This document shows, piece by piece, positions 27,694 to 35,996 of a stretch of 45,592 nt of DNA (the stretch's first letter is position 1; every line of letters begins with the position of its first letter). The notes under the pieces are model-generated. The model was not told the DNA's origin and searched no databases. It was given only the letters and a program-made list of their open reading frames with translations. The DNA is taken from IMG/VR virus record IMGVR_UViG_3300045988_166338. The stretch is one strand, 5' to 3'. Source of the stretch: a virus. The position numbers and the translations under genes are program-made.

Positions 27694-28419
27694 CTATTTA
27701 ATAGTGCCAGTTGGCAACAGTTGAGCCTTCGTATTGCGTCCGCTGTATGTTTTGTTGCTACCCCGGCCCTGCCACATGATTTGTTCAGGTGTGGTAAAGC
27801 CACCTGCAGCTTCCGCTGCCGTCTTCAAAAAGTCAGCAACAGCACGCGGGTCGCCCCATTCGTTACGAACCTCTAACGGGTCCATACCCAGAGATTTCTG
27901 TTTGGTCAGCCAATCGTTGAACAGTGCAATCTGCATGTCTTCAGGCAAGTTTTTGTCAGCCTTATAGCCAATTTGTTTCATCATGGCCAGTGCGTTATCA
28001 CCATCAAACATATAGCCAGATGACCGCTGCTTGTCAGATAGCCATTTTTCGTACTGCGGCATCTTGTCTTTGGCTGCTTTGTCGATGTTCGGTGTATCAT
28101 CAAATTCTTTCGAGTAGACACCGAGCTGCGATAATGCACGTTGCATTGCTTTACGATAAGCCCGTTCTTGCTGTTCGGTCTTTGCACCAGCCATTTCTTT
28201 CTGGGAACCCTTGGTACCGAAAGTAGGCAGGTAGCCAAGCAGTTTGTCCCACCATGACGAGCTGTCCTGTGCGGTAGCATTCAAACTGTTCAGTTCGTTC
28301 GGCGTGGGATTAGAGGATGCCGAGGGTGCTATCGTCTTCGACTGCACCTGTAGCTTAACAGCAGGCTTAGCAGCAGGCTTAGCTGCAACCTTCTTCATCT
28401 TAGTAGCTTGTTTAGCCAT
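27694..28419 (-). CDS. Hypothetical virion/late protein (241 aa)
   Basis: Late-operon ORF. Lys/Ala-rich N-terminus. Confidence 0.4.
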   Translation of the reverse strand: MAKQATKMKKVAAKPAAKPAVKLQVQSKTIAPSASSNPTPNELNSLNATAQDSSSWWDKLLGYLPTFGTKGSQKEMAGAKTEQQERAYRKAMQRALSQLGVYSKEFDDTPNIDKAAKDKMPQYEKWLSDKQRSSGYMFDGDNALAMMKQIGYKADKNLPEDMQIALFNDWLTKQKSLGMDPLEVRNEWGDPRAVADFLKTAAEAAGGFTTPEQIMWQGRGSNKTYSGRNTKAQLLPTGTIK

Positions 28420-28666
28420 GTCGTTGTCCTTTCAATTTCTCTGAGGCAAGAGTACGAAACGCTTCTGTAGTATCAGCGAAAGAGGCCTGAGATAATTTCC
28501 AAAGTATGCTGTTCTTTGGATATTGTGTCTCTGGGCGGTCGCTGGGTTTACGCTTCATCGGTTGCATTTTCGGCTCCTCTTGCTTTTTGTGTTCTGCCAA
28601 GCGGTGCATGATGTATCCGAACATCGCGCACTGGATGAGTATCTGTGTTAGGATTAAATATACCAT
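28412..28666 (-). CDS. Small membrane protein (N-terminal TM). A holin/antiholin candidate
   Basis: GGAG RBS. 'LILTQILIQCAMFGYIM' TM segment followed by a charged tail. Sits next to the endolysin. Confidence 0.35.
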   Translation of the reverse strand: MVYLILTQILIQCAMFGYIMHRLAEHKKQEEPKMQPMKRKPSDRPETQYPKNSILWKLSQASFADTTEAFRTLASEKLKGQRHG

Positions 28667-28700
28667 AGTGGTGCCAACTCCTCAATGTAAATTCGATGAA

Positions 28701-29081
28701 TTAGGGTAAGAAGAAATGCGTCCTGCGCTGAATGATGTCGAGGTGTACCCAGCCTTTAGTGTACATCGGGTTTTCCATGTACAGCCCAAACTGTGCCAGG
28801 TATACAGAATTGTTCAGCAGCCAGTTGCAAAACTCGCCGCTCTTATCTCGCAGGTCAATGGCCCGGCAGGTGCAGTGTGCGCTGTTCGGCGCCCCGCCTA
28901 TATCGGCATTGTGCAGCGGTGTACGAAAACCTGACGTTACAATCAGCGGTTTCATGTACAGGTTTCTGATGCGGTTTACACGTTGCAGTAGCTCTGCAGC
29001 GTTCCGCTCGTGTGTTTCGGACGGGTAATCTAGCCCGCCCATGTATTCATCTTCGGTGATTTTCCATGTCGCCTTGTTCAT
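28701..29081 (-). CDS. Endolysin, Peptidase_M15 (L-Ala-D-Glu / DD-peptidase-like zinc peptidase)
   Basis: 'SGFRTPLHNADIGGAPNSAHCTCRAIDL' and the C-terminal 'WVHLD' match the M15 metallopeptidase zinc-ligand pattern. Confidence 0.65.
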   Translation of the reverse strand: MNKATWKITEDEYMGGLDYPSETHERNAAELLQRVNRIRNLYMKPLIVTSGFRTPLHNADIGGAPNSAHCTCRAIDLRDKSGEFCNWLLNNSVYLAQFGLYMENPMYTKGWVHLDIIQRRTHFFLP

Positions 29082-29316
29082 AAGCGTGGTATCCTGCTTC
29101 TAAATTGTTAAGCCTGTGGTGGGCAGAGCGCGTGCTTTCTTCGCATCTTGCCAACCGGGTTTGTATCTCTTGGTAGTCCTTAAGCTGAGTGCTCAGGGCA
29201 TCCTGCTTGTACTCGACCACCGCGAGGCGCCTATCCATCTTGGCTATGAAACACCAAAAGGTTATTACGTAGCCGGCGACAGATATGATTGCGTCAAGAC
29301 TTATGGTCCACTGCAT
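29047..29316 (-). CDS. Membrane protein with N-terminal TM plus coiled coil (holin or lysis-regulator candidate)
   Basis: 'AIISVAGYVITFWCFIA' TM segment, then a heptad-rich region. Overlaps the endolysin start. Confidence 0.35.
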   Translation of the reverse strand: MQWTISLDAIISVAGYVITFWCFIAKMDRRLAVVEYKQDALSTQLKDYQEIQTRLARCEESTRSAHHRLNNLEAGYHAYEQGDMENHRR

Positions 29317-29509
29317 CTTTCACGTGTCCTTCTTTTATTCGGTCCAATGCAAGCGTCTGCGAGAAATACTTTCGTTCCGCAAACTCTTGTTTCTTCCCGA
29401 TGTTGAAATTGTCTACGGGCCTGAAGTAACCCATACATCTGGTCCATATCTCACACGGAGTCCGTTCTGCATCATCGAGTTTGATATCTTCTTTCTTCTC
29501 TTCTTCCAT
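29294..29509 (-). CDS. 71-aa protein resembling the glycyl-radical C-terminal segment of anaerobic ribonucleotide reductase NrdD
   Basis: GGAGG RBS 6 nt upstream of ATG 29509. 'PCEIWTRCMGYFRPVDNFNIGKKQEFAERKYF' aligns with the NrdD consensus 'TRRvCGYLG..d.RpFNaGKqeEv..Rv' (TR-C-GY / FN-GK-QE). Preceded by a 280-nt G-rich structured leader. Confidence 0.35.
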   Translation of the reverse strand: MEEEKKEDIKLDDAERTPCEIWTRCMGYFRPVDNFNIGKKQEFAERKYFSQTLALDRIKEGHVKDAVDHKS

Positions 29510-29790
29510 ATCGTGCCTCCATTGCACCAGCGAGGTGACTCACCGCCAGTGCCAAATTGCTCCCGAAACCAAACAACCTCCCAGCCCGTCCCAACGGAGC
29601 GTCCTGTCAGACGCTCCTAATCAACAATCGTGCCGGCTTCGCCAGCACTCCTCCCGCTCGCTCCGCTCGCTCCAACCAACCGGCTCGGCTTATCGCCTCG
29701 CCATCAACAGTGTGCCAGCCTCCAGACTTGGCACGCGTCCTGGCACGCGAACGTGGCACGCAGGCTTGACTATCGGGACGGGCCGGCCCG
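29510..29790 (-). other. GC-rich noncoding element A (late-mRNA leader of the NrdD-like ORF), paralogous to 41611..41947
   Basis: Shares blocks with element B: 'ct(c/t)ccgaaac', 'agcccgtccca', 'cctcccaacgg', 'ctcgctccgctcg', 'ccagcctc'. Contains the perfect hairpin GGAGCGTC-ctgtca-GACGCTCC (29596..29617). Overlapping ORFs have Arg/Gly-rich noise composition. Confidence 0.55.
29729..29762. repeat. Tandem direct repeat TGGCACGCG x3 (12-13 bp period), with an inverted GTGCCA just upstream (29712..29717)
   Basis: 'tTGGCACGCGtccTGGCACGCGaacgTGGCACGCAgg' read from the sequence. Candidate protein-binding array. Confidence 0.6.
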
Positions 29791-29967
29791 GTCATTTGCG
29801 TTTAATGACAGAGAGTTTCTCGACCACAGTCGCGATTTTGGCTACAACGGCATCGTCGCGTTTGCTGGGCGTCAACTTGGTGATAGCCGTGGCCATCGAA
29901 ACGGCCAGGCCGATGATGGTGAACAGGTCGTCCCAATGTGCTTGAATGTATGCAAATACTTCCTGCA
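29791..29967 (-). CDS. Small membrane protein (58 aa). A holin-like candidate
   Basis: Strong RBS ('aaaggagaaagaaaATG'). Hydrophobic 'LFTIIGLAVSMATAITKL'. Below the ORF-track cutoff, found by reading the sequence. Confidence 0.4.
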
Positions 29968-30051
29968 TTTTCTTTCTCCTTTGTTAGTGATTACAATTAT
30001 AGACTAGCACAGTTGCCCGTGCTAGTCCATGTAAATTTGGCAGAGGGTAGG

Positions 30052-30426
30052 CTAAGCCTGTCCTGCAAGCCAGTTATCGAAGTCAAGCGGATTTTGCTTG
30101 TACCAGTCCGTCTGTTCCGGGTAGTGCCGCAGGTATTCACGGTACTGCCGGTACTGTTCTTTCTGCTCGTCTGTGATAGGAAAGTCAGTAACAGAGAGAT
30201 ATTTGTCCGTCTGCTCCAGGTATCTGTTGCGAACAGCTCGTACTTGCTCCTTATACTGCTCAATCGCTTTATCTGATATTGCGAGGACAAATTGGCCATC
30301 CTTGCAGTGGACGTAATCAGAAACCTGATGTTCAGTGTCTTCCTCTAAAGAGTCATAATTCATAAGAGGAAACTTTCCGGTTTCGTTAATTCCAACTATC
30401 TTCCCATTTTTGATTGCTTTAAACAT
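30052..30426 (-). CDS. Hypothetical protein downstream of the tail fiber (possible fiber assembly or chaperone, by position only)
   Basis: 124-aa ORF. Confidence 0.3.
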   Translation of the reverse strand: MFKAIKNGKIVGINETGKFPLMNYDSLEEDTEHQVSDYVHCKDGQFVLAISDKAIEQYKEQVRAVRNRYLEQTDKYLSVTDFPITDEQKEQYRQYREYLRHYPEQTDWYKQNPLDFDNWLAGQA

Positions 30427-30463
30427 TGTTGATATCCTTTTAGTCTAGGTTGTACGTTATTGA

Positions 30464-33361
30464 TTAGTTGCCCTCTGCATAGATAAAATTGAAGGTGTCA
30501 ACAGTAAAGTTTGAATACGCAATAGTAAATGTATCGCCTTTTCGTACAGGTATGAATGTCCGAGCATACCCAGTGGGGCCCGGTGACAGTAGTGAGCTTA
30601 GTGTACTAGTTTGACAAAACAGTACAAGATAACCAGTGCATGCACCACCTATGTATACCCACCCGTTTGCAGGTGCTGTATAGGATGCTTCTGATGCACC
30701 TAATGTCAGCTCGGTATGTCTCATGCTAGGCATGCCCATTTCTGACAGCACCGCTTTCCCGGCCACGCTGAAGTTATCTGCATTGATGTTAGCTTTAGTA
30801 GCTGCAGCACCTTGTACCCAAGCCGTAGTCGGCACAATATTAGAAGAGTCTGTAGCATCCGGCATAGTAGACAATATAGTAACATCATCATTGAACCGTA
30901 TCCGGTCGCCAGCCGAAGCACTCTTGTTGAAGTCAAATAGCCAGTTGTATTCGTTGCCCATGCATCTCAAGCGGCCTGATGAATAACCGATATTAACATC
31001 GTAGTTCAGTTCTGCATCAGTATTACAGGTGAAGGCAGTACCCTCATACCCGTCCCCGACAACGAGTATGTGCGCGGTAACGGTGCCTTTGGCTGTGATA
31101 GAGTTAGCAGTAAGGTCAGATGTTTCAGTAATACTGTCCTGCTTTCCTGCAATGGCAGCGTTGAGAGTTACTATACTGGTTTCATTAATTCTGACGTTAT
31201 CACCTGTCAGTACCACCGCACCGGTATTGCCGTTCACCGAGGCTACAGCCCCGCCGCCACCGGCCGCAGCAATAGCAGCATTAACCCACTGTGTAGTAGC
31301 CAGCTGCTGGCTGCTGTCGCTGGCTGCAACAGTTGCAGAGCAGGTAACGGCACCGGTGAATTCCGTGGCAAAGTTATGCGTAGCCTTTGAGTCTGTTCTG
31401 GACACCAAGATACCAGTGGGCGATTTGAATTGGTAGCCAATGTGAAGGTCATTTCCCATAAAAAGCATACCCGTACCACGACGGCCAATGATACCACCAA
31501 GGTAAACGCCGTTAGGGCGGAACTCGATTTCGCCGTCCTGGCCGGTTAGTTTAAGTGTTCCTACATCTCCGGTACTGCTATTTGCCAGCGTAATAGAGTT
31601 AAGACTGAGTACAGAGTCTTGGACAATCTCACTCTGTTTTCCGGAAATCCTTGATGACAGTTCAGCCCAGTCCTGGTATATAGTATTAGCAGCGTTCGGG
31701 TCCGTCTTGATATCTTGGCCGGACAGCACAACCGCACCAGTTTTACCATTGACGCTGGACACGGCCCCGCCGGTTCCGCCACCACCACCTCCACCAGCTG
31801 CAATGGCCGCCTGTACCCATTTGGTATTGGGCACTTTGTCAGAGGAGTCAGCTGCATCTGCAATGTCAGGAACAGTCGGTGTAACACCAAACGCTGCCAG
31901 CCACTTGCCAGAGGTTGTAGTATCTGAACGCAGAACTTTGAACGGGACACCGTCAGGTTTATAGTCATTTATCAGACCAATTTGCAGGCCATTTACAAAC
32001 CGACCAATCAGTTCGCTGTAGATATATCGTTTGGTAGCATAGGCCTGTCCGCTTGCATTACCCAGACGAATAGCTTCAGTACTGGACGATTTGTCGCCTT
32101 TGTCGAAGTAAGTAAGCAGGGATGTACCAAGTTGAGTTTCGCTGTCGTGCATGTCCAAGTATGACAACAGCCCAGTGCCGGAGTCCTCAGTCTTCAACAT
32201 GACGTATGAGTTGTCGGTATCAGATGTAGCTCTGTGTGCCAGCATAGTCACTGAACTTTTAGACCCATTAGTCTTGGTGCGTTCACCATAAATGCTAAGC
32301 GTCCCAAGTATAGAAAGTTTCGGGTTGGTTTCAGCATCATCCTCATGCGTATTAGTAACGATGAATGCACTTTCATTAGTGCTTCTGTTCTTGACGTACA
32401 GACCATTGTTAGCACGGATAGGCAAATCGCAGCTCAGCTGATGTGTCCAAGGCGTTTCAAACGTACTTCTGAGGCCAATGTGTAAATCAACAGGAGAGCT
32501 GTCGCTATCGCCGACAGTAATCTCCATGCGGCCCGGAACTTTAACCTGCATCAGTGTATTGGTCATGTACAGCTGCGCCGGGTATTCCCAGTTAGAAGTA
32601 CGAACATCTAATGTAATGCTGCTTGCAGTGCCTTGTGTAGCAGGGGTAACTTTGATGCTTGAGGTCTCATTGCGCTCGGCAGAGTATTCCGCAATTAAGT
32701 TAGCACCGCCACCATTAGCAGTAATGCTTTTGCAAGTAATATCGCTACCCGGGCTAACTCCTCCGCCGCCACCTGCCTGGATTGCGTTTTGCACCCATTC
32801 CGTATTCGGAACGCGAGTGCTACTATCATTTGACGAGAGGGCGCCGGTAACTGACAGCTTGTCAAAGCTTGCCTCGCTGGGCAGGCCAGTAGAGATAATC
32901 TCGCTGGCCCGCAACGCCCAACCTCTCGCTGAGTGTTCACCACCATACGAGGCTACGTCTTCATCGCTACCCTCTGCCCAGATTTCAGCTTCATCAGCAA
33001 ACGCCGAGCAGCTTTGCAGTACCAGCTGTACCTCTGCCTTTAGGGTATTGATACTTTGCTGCTGTTCGTTGGCCTGCGTAATCAGCTGTTGGATTTCAGC
33101 CACCTGTGTAGAAATGTCCACTTCCATCTGAGCAATGCGCGCAATGATATCATCACCGACCGCTTGCATAGCCTTGCCATCCACGATAATGAACAGGCTG
33201 GCCACATGGGGCGTTGTCAAGTCATTGTACCCGATGAACATTGTCCGGTTGTATTTGTCCTCGGTGTTCCAAAAGTTCCAGTCGTCCTCGGACTTTGCAA
33301 TTACCGGCATCTTCCATTTAAAGTATGCTTTAGCCGGATTTCTTATTTCGTTATCAGCCAT
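30464..33361 (-). CDS. Tail fiber protein with four Phage_fiber_2-type repeats
   Basis: Repeated 'VPNTxWVQxAIxAGGGGG...SVNGKTGAVVLxGxDI' units (VPNTEWVQNAIQAGGGGG, VPNTKWVQAAIAAGGGGGGG..SVNGKTGAVVLSGQDIK, LATTQWVNAAIAAAGGGG..SVNGNTGAVVLTGDNVR, VPTTAWVQGAAATKA). GGAGG RBS. Confidence 0.75.
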   Translation of the reverse strand: MADNEIRNPAKAYFKWKMPVIAKSEDDWNFWNTEDKYNRTMFIGYNDLTTPHVASLFIIVDGKAMQAVGDDIIARIAQMEVDISTQVAEIQQLITQANEQQQSINTLKAEVQLVLQSCSAFADEAEIWAEGSDEDVASYGGEHSARGWALRASEIISTGLPSEASFDKLSVTGALSSNDSSTRVPNTEWVQNAIQAGGGGGVSPGSDITCKSITANGGGANLIAEYSAERNETSSIKVTPATQGTASSITLDVRTSNWEYPAQLYMTNTLMQVKVPGRMEITVGDSDSSPVDLHIGLRSTFETPWTHQLSCDLPIRANNGLYVKNRSTNESAFIVTNTHEDDAETNPKLSILGTLSIYGERTKTNGSKSSVTMLAHRATSDTDNSYVMLKTEDSGTGLLSYLDMHDSETQLGTSLLTYFDKGDKSSSTEAIRLGNASGQAYATKRYIYSELIGRFVNGLQIGLINDYKPDGVPFKVLRSDTTTSGKWLAAFGVTPTVPDIADAADSSDKVPNTKWVQAAIAAGGGGGGGTGGAVSSVNGKTGAVVLSGQDIKTDPNAANTIYQDWAELSSRISGKQSEIVQDSVLSLNSITLANSSTGDVGTLKLTGQDGEIEFRPNGVYLGGIIGRRGTGMLFMGNDLHIGYQFKSPTGILVSRTDSKATHNFATEFTGAVTCSATVAASDSSQQLATTQWVNAAIAAAGGGGAVASVNGNTGAVVLTGDNVRINETSIVTLNAAIAGKQDSITETSDLTANSITAKGTVTAHILVVGDGYEGTAFTCNTDAELNYDVNIGYSSGRLRCMGNEYNWLFDFNKSASAGDRIRFNDDVTILSTMPDATDSSNIVPTTAWVQGAAATKANINADNFSVAGKAVLSEMGMPSMRHTELTLGASEASYTAPANGWVYIGGACTGYLVLFCQTSTLSSLLSPGPTGYARTFIPVRKGDTFTIAYSNFTVDTFNFIYAEGN

Positions 33362-33374
33362 TATTTAGTCCTCC

Positions 33375-34067
33375 TTAGCTTATGGGCAACAGGCCGTATT
33401 CGTAGATTTCGCTGCACTTGCTGCAGACGTACCGCTGGCCTTTGGCAACCTGGATGCACAGTCGCATATAGCTCAGCACATTCCCTTGGATGTGCAGGTT
33501 GGCAACCTCGACATTGTTGATTTTCATGTTGCCTTCAAAGATGAACTGACTGTGCTTACCTGCAGCCGTCATGCTGGCCCGGATGGTTACATAGCAGTTG
33601 CGCTCGGCCAGATATGCAACATCATTTGCACGAGCCTTGCCGCTGCCAGTGTCAATGCCAAAACCGGGTAGGCCATCCACCAGGTTCCCTGCTTTCATCC
33701 TCCTGTCTTTCTTGTCAACATACAGGTAGTTCTTTTCCGGTATGTCCGCAGTGCTAAGCATGGCCGGGCCGAACAGCTTGGTCCAGGCATTGTCACGCTG
33801 TGCATCTGAAACCTGGTATGCATTGTTGACATTGAAAGCACCGAAAGCATTCAGCGCATTGTTCATGCTTTCCTGCGTAACGTTCGTAAGGTCTTTCAAA
33901 GCATAGTTGCCCAGCTCTGCACTGGTAGGCTGGCCCCATCCATTAGGCGTCAAGCCGTCATGGACGTGAATGGCACGGGTTACTGTATCGACTGTTAGCA
34001 CCCCTGCCGGATACGTATGCAGCTCTCGCGAGTGGTCGTACGTAATATTATGTATTCGTAGCGTCAT
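33375..34067 (-). CDS. Tail-associated structural protein (230 aa)
   Basis: Late-operon ORF between the tail genes. Stop overlaps the next start. Confidence 0.4.
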   Translation of the reverse strand: MTLRIHNITYDHSRELHTYPAGVLTVDTVTRAIHVHDGLTPNGWGQPTSAELGNYALKDLTNVTQESMNNALNAFGAFNVNNAYQVSDAQRDNAWTKLFGPAMLSTADIPEKNYLYVDKKDRRMKAGNLVDGLPGFGIDTGSGKARANDVAYLAERNCYVTIRASMTAAGKHSQFIFEGNMKINNVEVANLHIQGNVLSYMRLCIQVAKGQRYVCSKCSEIYEYGLLPIS

Positions 34068-35896
34068 AACGTTCCTCCTCCTAAGAGTGTTGCACGAAGT
34101 TCGCTCAACTTGGTGGCGCCACGCACGCGGACCTCGTGATTGTTTCCGATTACTTTACCTGTGAACAGGTTATTCTTTTGATAGTTGAACTCAACGCCAT
34201 CTACCTTGACGGTTACAGGCTGAGTAACAGTTTGCAGCCAGTCCTCATCCGGAATAGAGTTGCAGTTATAGTCACCATCGTCGGTATTGCAGAAGATATC
34301 CCTGTCCTCCGACCCGGCATACTCATAAATTAACAAGTCCGTAACTCTGGTCTTCTGGTTAGCATCGTTCTCGTTGGCCCTGATACCAGTAAACACAACG
34401 TCCGGCACCAGATACTCAGATATGATGTTGGCCTGACTGCCATACGTGACCGTCCAGCCGTCCTGCACGTCGATGATGTCGTCCCAGTTATTGACTGCGT
34501 CATAGTACAAGTCCCAGGCCGGCATCAAGTCAATGCCGATATCTTGCGGAACCTCGGTGTGCTGGTCAAGTTTGCACGGTAAGTAGTTACTGTGCTCAAG
34601 CCAGAACTTCTGGTACTCGTCACCCCAGGCCGGCTCTGTCGGGACGGTGTCCAGGTCGAACTCACCATCAGGGTTCATCAGTTCAAAGTCAACATCATAC
34701 ATTGCACCTTCGGCATAGCCCGCCGGAGCCTGTCCTGCGAACCAGCCATCGTACTGCTGGACGGGACAGTCTTCCTCGTTGCCTACGTCGCAGTACATGA
34801 CGTTGTCCGGGTAGGTAGTCTTGGCTATGTTCCCGCTAGTAATCAGGTTGGTTTCCAAACTCAGCCGGTACTGATTGCCATGTGCATCAATCGCGATGCT
34901 GGTTCCCGGTATCAGCACAATCCACTTCTGCTTGGTCATCATGCCGAACATCTGCGATGATGCTTCCATGAAGTAGATATTCGTGGGCGTTTCAAACGCA
35001 ATGTAGCCACCGAAGAAGTTGTAGGCTTTAACCTTGGTGCGTACTTCCTCGGCCTGGCCGATGAATGGGTTGATTGTTTCAACCTTCGCGGTCGCGGTAA
35101 GCTGTGATGCAATCGAAATCTTGCACAGGCCGCGTCCCTTGAAGATGGCCAGTGGCTCGAACCCTGCCGAGGAACATTGCCCGTATGGGCTGGTCAGTAC
35201 GTAGCCGGGCAAAATGGACGTCTGGAATGAGAACGGGATATTGGCATCGTTGGTATTAGCCGCCACCAAGATACCGCGTGTGGTGTAGATGACGAAACCG
35301 TCCGGGCTCTTGCCCAAGGCCTGCAATTCGCCGTATGCACCCAACACGTTAATAGCCTGACTGCCGGCCCCGGTCCCGGTGCTGCTAAAGTCCAGCCTGT
35401 CCGTAGCACTTGACCAAGATACCGTATCGTTGGTTCCTATGATTAGACGCAAGCCAGAGCTCTCGACCCGCGTCGGTGTATAGGGAAGTTTGGTTGTTAC
35501 ATCCTCCACGCTACGCAACGTCCCATTGATACGCCATACGGCATGGCCGCCACAACATAGCCAGTAGTCGCCTTCGATGAAGGTGCTGCTCCATATCGTG
35601 TCCTCGTCATAGTTATAGCCTGTAACGGTGAACAGGTATTCCATGCCGTGGTCGGTTTCAATGTAGACTTTGTTGCCTGTAATCATCAAGCTGTTCAGTA
35701 CTGTGGCCTGCATCAATTGCGGCGTGGTCAGCCTGAATTTGTGGGCAAATTGCGTTTCAGTTCCGTAGCCAGCCTGTAGATGCGTGCCAACAGGGATGTA
35801 ATTGTCCATGCTAGCAACGGCAAGTTCACGCTGACGTGCAACTGTTCCGGGGGCAAACGTAACGGTGTTTGTTTGTACTGCTACAATAGCACTCAT
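34064..35896 (-). CDS. Tail structural protein (610 aa; tubular or nozzle-like by position)
   Basis: AGGAGG RBS. Follows an internal promoter. Its size and position are typical of podovirus tail tubular proteins. Confidence 0.4.
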   Translation of the reverse strand: MSAIVAVQTNTVTFAPGTVARQRELAVASMDNYIPVGTHLQAGYGTETQFAHKFRLTTPQLMQATVLNSLMITGNKVYIETDHGMEYLFTVTGYNYDEDTIWSSTFIEGDYWLCCGGHAVWRINGTLRSVEDVTTKLPYTPTRVESSGLRLIIGTNDTVSWSSATDRLDFSSTGTGAGSQAINVLGAYGELQALGKSPDGFVIYTTRGILVAANTNDANIPFSFQTSILPGYVLTSPYGQCSSAGFEPLAIFKGRGLCKISIASQLTATAKVETINPFIGQAEEVRTKVKAYNFFGGYIAFETPTNIYFMEASSQMFGMMTKQKWIVLIPGTSIAIDAHGNQYRLSLETNLITSGNIAKTTYPDNVMYCDVGNEEDCPVQQYDGWFAGQAPAGYAEGAMYDVDFELMNPDGEFDLDTVPTEPAWGDEYQKFWLEHSNYLPCKLDQHTEVPQDIGIDLMPAWDLYYDAVNNWDDIIDVQDGWTVTYGSQANIISEYLVPDVVFTGIRANENDANQKTRVTDLLIYEYAGSEDRDIFCNTDDGDYNCNSIPDEDWLQTVTQPVTVKVDGVEFNYQKNNLFTGKVIGNNHEVRVRGATKLSELRATLLGGGTL

Positions 35897-35927
35897 TTTG
35901 TCCTCCTATTTGTTCTAGAACAGGTAT

Positions 35928-35956
35928 ACAATACCATATCCCGGAAATTTAATCAA
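35928..35956 (-). promoter_or_regulatory. Internal late promoter (minus strand): TTGATT-17-TATTGT with TGg extended -10
   Basis: Minus-strand 'TTGATTaaatttccgggatatggTATTGT' lies directly after the terminator at 35961..35990, upstream of gene 34064..35896. Confidence 0.45.
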
Positions 35957-35960
35957 TGTA

Positions 35961-35990
35961 AAAATAAAGGGCCGGTCTTTCGACCAGCCC
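35961..35990 (-). terminator. Rho-independent terminator (minus strand): GGGCUGGUC-gaaa-GACCGGCCC plus UUUAUUUU
   Basis: 9-bp stem with one G-U pair and a U-tract on the minus-strand transcript. On the plus strand it is flanked by an A-run on one side and TTT on the other. Confidence 0.65.
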
Positions 35991-35996
35991 TTTGTG

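Noticed and set aside
29729-29770. Sigma54 promoter interpretation of the TGGCACG repeats
   Set aside because: TGGCACG matches the sigma54 -24 element. However, none of the three copies is followed at N4-5 by a TTGCW -12 element with the correct GG-N10-GC spacing.
29481-30007. Plus-strand ORFs of 154 aa and 125 aa across element A
   Set aside because: Same composition artefact, with Ser/Arg/Pro-rich translation. The minus strand here carries a bona fide 58-aa ORF with a strong RBS and the leader of the NrdD-like ORF.
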